Assembly (NCBI GenBank): GCA_001001375.1
Contig: LCNU01000001.1
Coordinates: forward strand, 1 to 44,744
Reading direction: 5' to 3'
Origin: Candidatus Amesbacteria bacterium GW2011_GWC1_47_15
GTDB lineage: Bacteria > Patescibacteriota > Microgenomatia > CAZETR01 > Amesbacteraceae
Length of the DNA: 44,744 bases
Positions 44,265-44,744 of the stretch are shown here, in pieces (position 1 is the stretch's first letter; every line of letters starts with the position of its first letter). The position numbers were made by a program, and so were the translations under genes. The notes beneath the pieces are model-generated. The model did not search any database and was not told the origin of the DNA. It saw only the letters and a list, made by a program, of their open reading frames with translations.

Positions 44265-44744
44265 ATGAAAATTCTCAAAATTATTTATCTCTACGCCTCC
44301 CCCGTCGTCTTCGTCATGTTTTTCCTCTCCAAGATTTTCCGCTTCGGCTTGTTTATCGTTTTTCTCTACTTTTTGGGCAGCAGCCTGGTTTCGGTGGGGG
44401 ATTACTCTGTTTCCCAGTTGCTGCTGTTTTATCTGATTTTCAATCTGGTAGATACTGCCGCCCAGATGCTCTTCCGGGAAGTCTATCGTTTCCGCCCTCT
44501 GATCATCTCCGGCGGTTTCGATCTGGTCCTCACCAAGCCCTTCCCGACTCTCCTGAGGGTTCTGGTTGGAGGCCCTGATTTTATCGATCTGGGTATTTTG
44601 CTCGTCCTGTTGGCAGTCATTGCCTATACCCTGGCCGTGCATGTCCGTCCGGACCCGGTCAGCCTGCTTATTTTCATTCTCCTGCTTATTAACTCTCTCA
44701 TTCTGGCCGCCGCTTTCCATATCTTTGTCCTTGGATTCGGCATT
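44265..44744 (+). CDS. ABC-2 family (DUF990-type) permease, B-type copy 4 (partial, runs off the 3' edge; not in the ORF track)
   Basis: Hand translation MKILKIIYLYASPVVFVMFFLSKIFRFG...LFREVYRFRPLIISGGFDLVLTKPF...HIFVLGFGI stays open to the window end. Confidence 0.85.
   Translation, partial: MKILKIIYLYASPVVFVMFFLSKIFRFGLFIVFLYFLGSSLVSVGDYSVSQLLLFYLIFNLVDTAAQMLFREVYRFRPLIISGGFDLVLTKPFPTLLRVLVGGPDFIDLGILLVLLAVIAYTLAVHVRPDPVSLLIFILLLINSLILAAAFHIFVLGFGI

Noticed and set aside
811-44720. Numerous minus-strand and alternate-frame ORFs of 60-190 aa in the ORF track
   Set aside because: They overlap well-supported + strand genes and show no motifs; treated as shadow ORFs
1-44744. CRISPR array, rRNA, transposase or integrase
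   Set aside because: No regularly spaced repeat series, rRNA-like segment or recombinase motif seen; the only direct repeat of note has two copies
44265-44744. Possible frameshift or pseudogene because the last permease is missing from the ORF track
   Set aside because: Hand translation from ATG 44265 is open to the window end; it is absent only because it has no stop codon in the window
1-44744. Alternative genetic code (TGA read as Gly or Trp)
   Set aside because: Conserved genes (nusA, ftsK, rpoC, rpoA, rpsI) end at TGA at their expected termini and have no internal TGA

Overview
A 44.7-kb core-genome segment, almost all on the + strand, read with the standard bacterial code (TGA = stop). 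Compact gene forms and gene content suggest a Patescibacteria/CPR, Microgenomates-like bacterium (inference). Gene order: dnaJ 3' end, nusA, short infB, degenerate DHH protein, rpsO, pnp, a Lon-type AAA+ module with no protease domain, metallophosphoesterase, family-4 UDG, rnj, ftsK, RodZ-like, alaS, an FtsA-like/TM/baseplate-J-like fusion, sortase, ruvX, Zn-ribbon, mltG, rpoB, rpoC, rpsL, rpsG. The order then jumps directly to rpsD, rpoA, rplQ, rplM, rpsI, with no fusA/tuf/S10-spc block. Next come a minus-strand non-canonical tRNA-Pro(GGG) with two paralogous membrane genes, a DUF1189-like gene, recA, NUDIX, recX, rny and HU. The window ends in an array of at least four heterodimeric ABC-2 (DUF990-type) permease pairs around a single ATPase. 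Most notable: (1) the ABC array, where each pair has its own leaderless-type -10 box; (2) a rewired RpoC trigger loop; (3) the tRNA-Pro with covarying tertiary bases and a duplicated, fold-back 5' leader; (4) the protease-less Lon ATPase; (5) a window-wide TAnnnT-6nt-start leaderless architecture. No CRISPR array, rRNA, prophage or transposase was seen. All family assignments come from motif recognition by eye, not from database searches.
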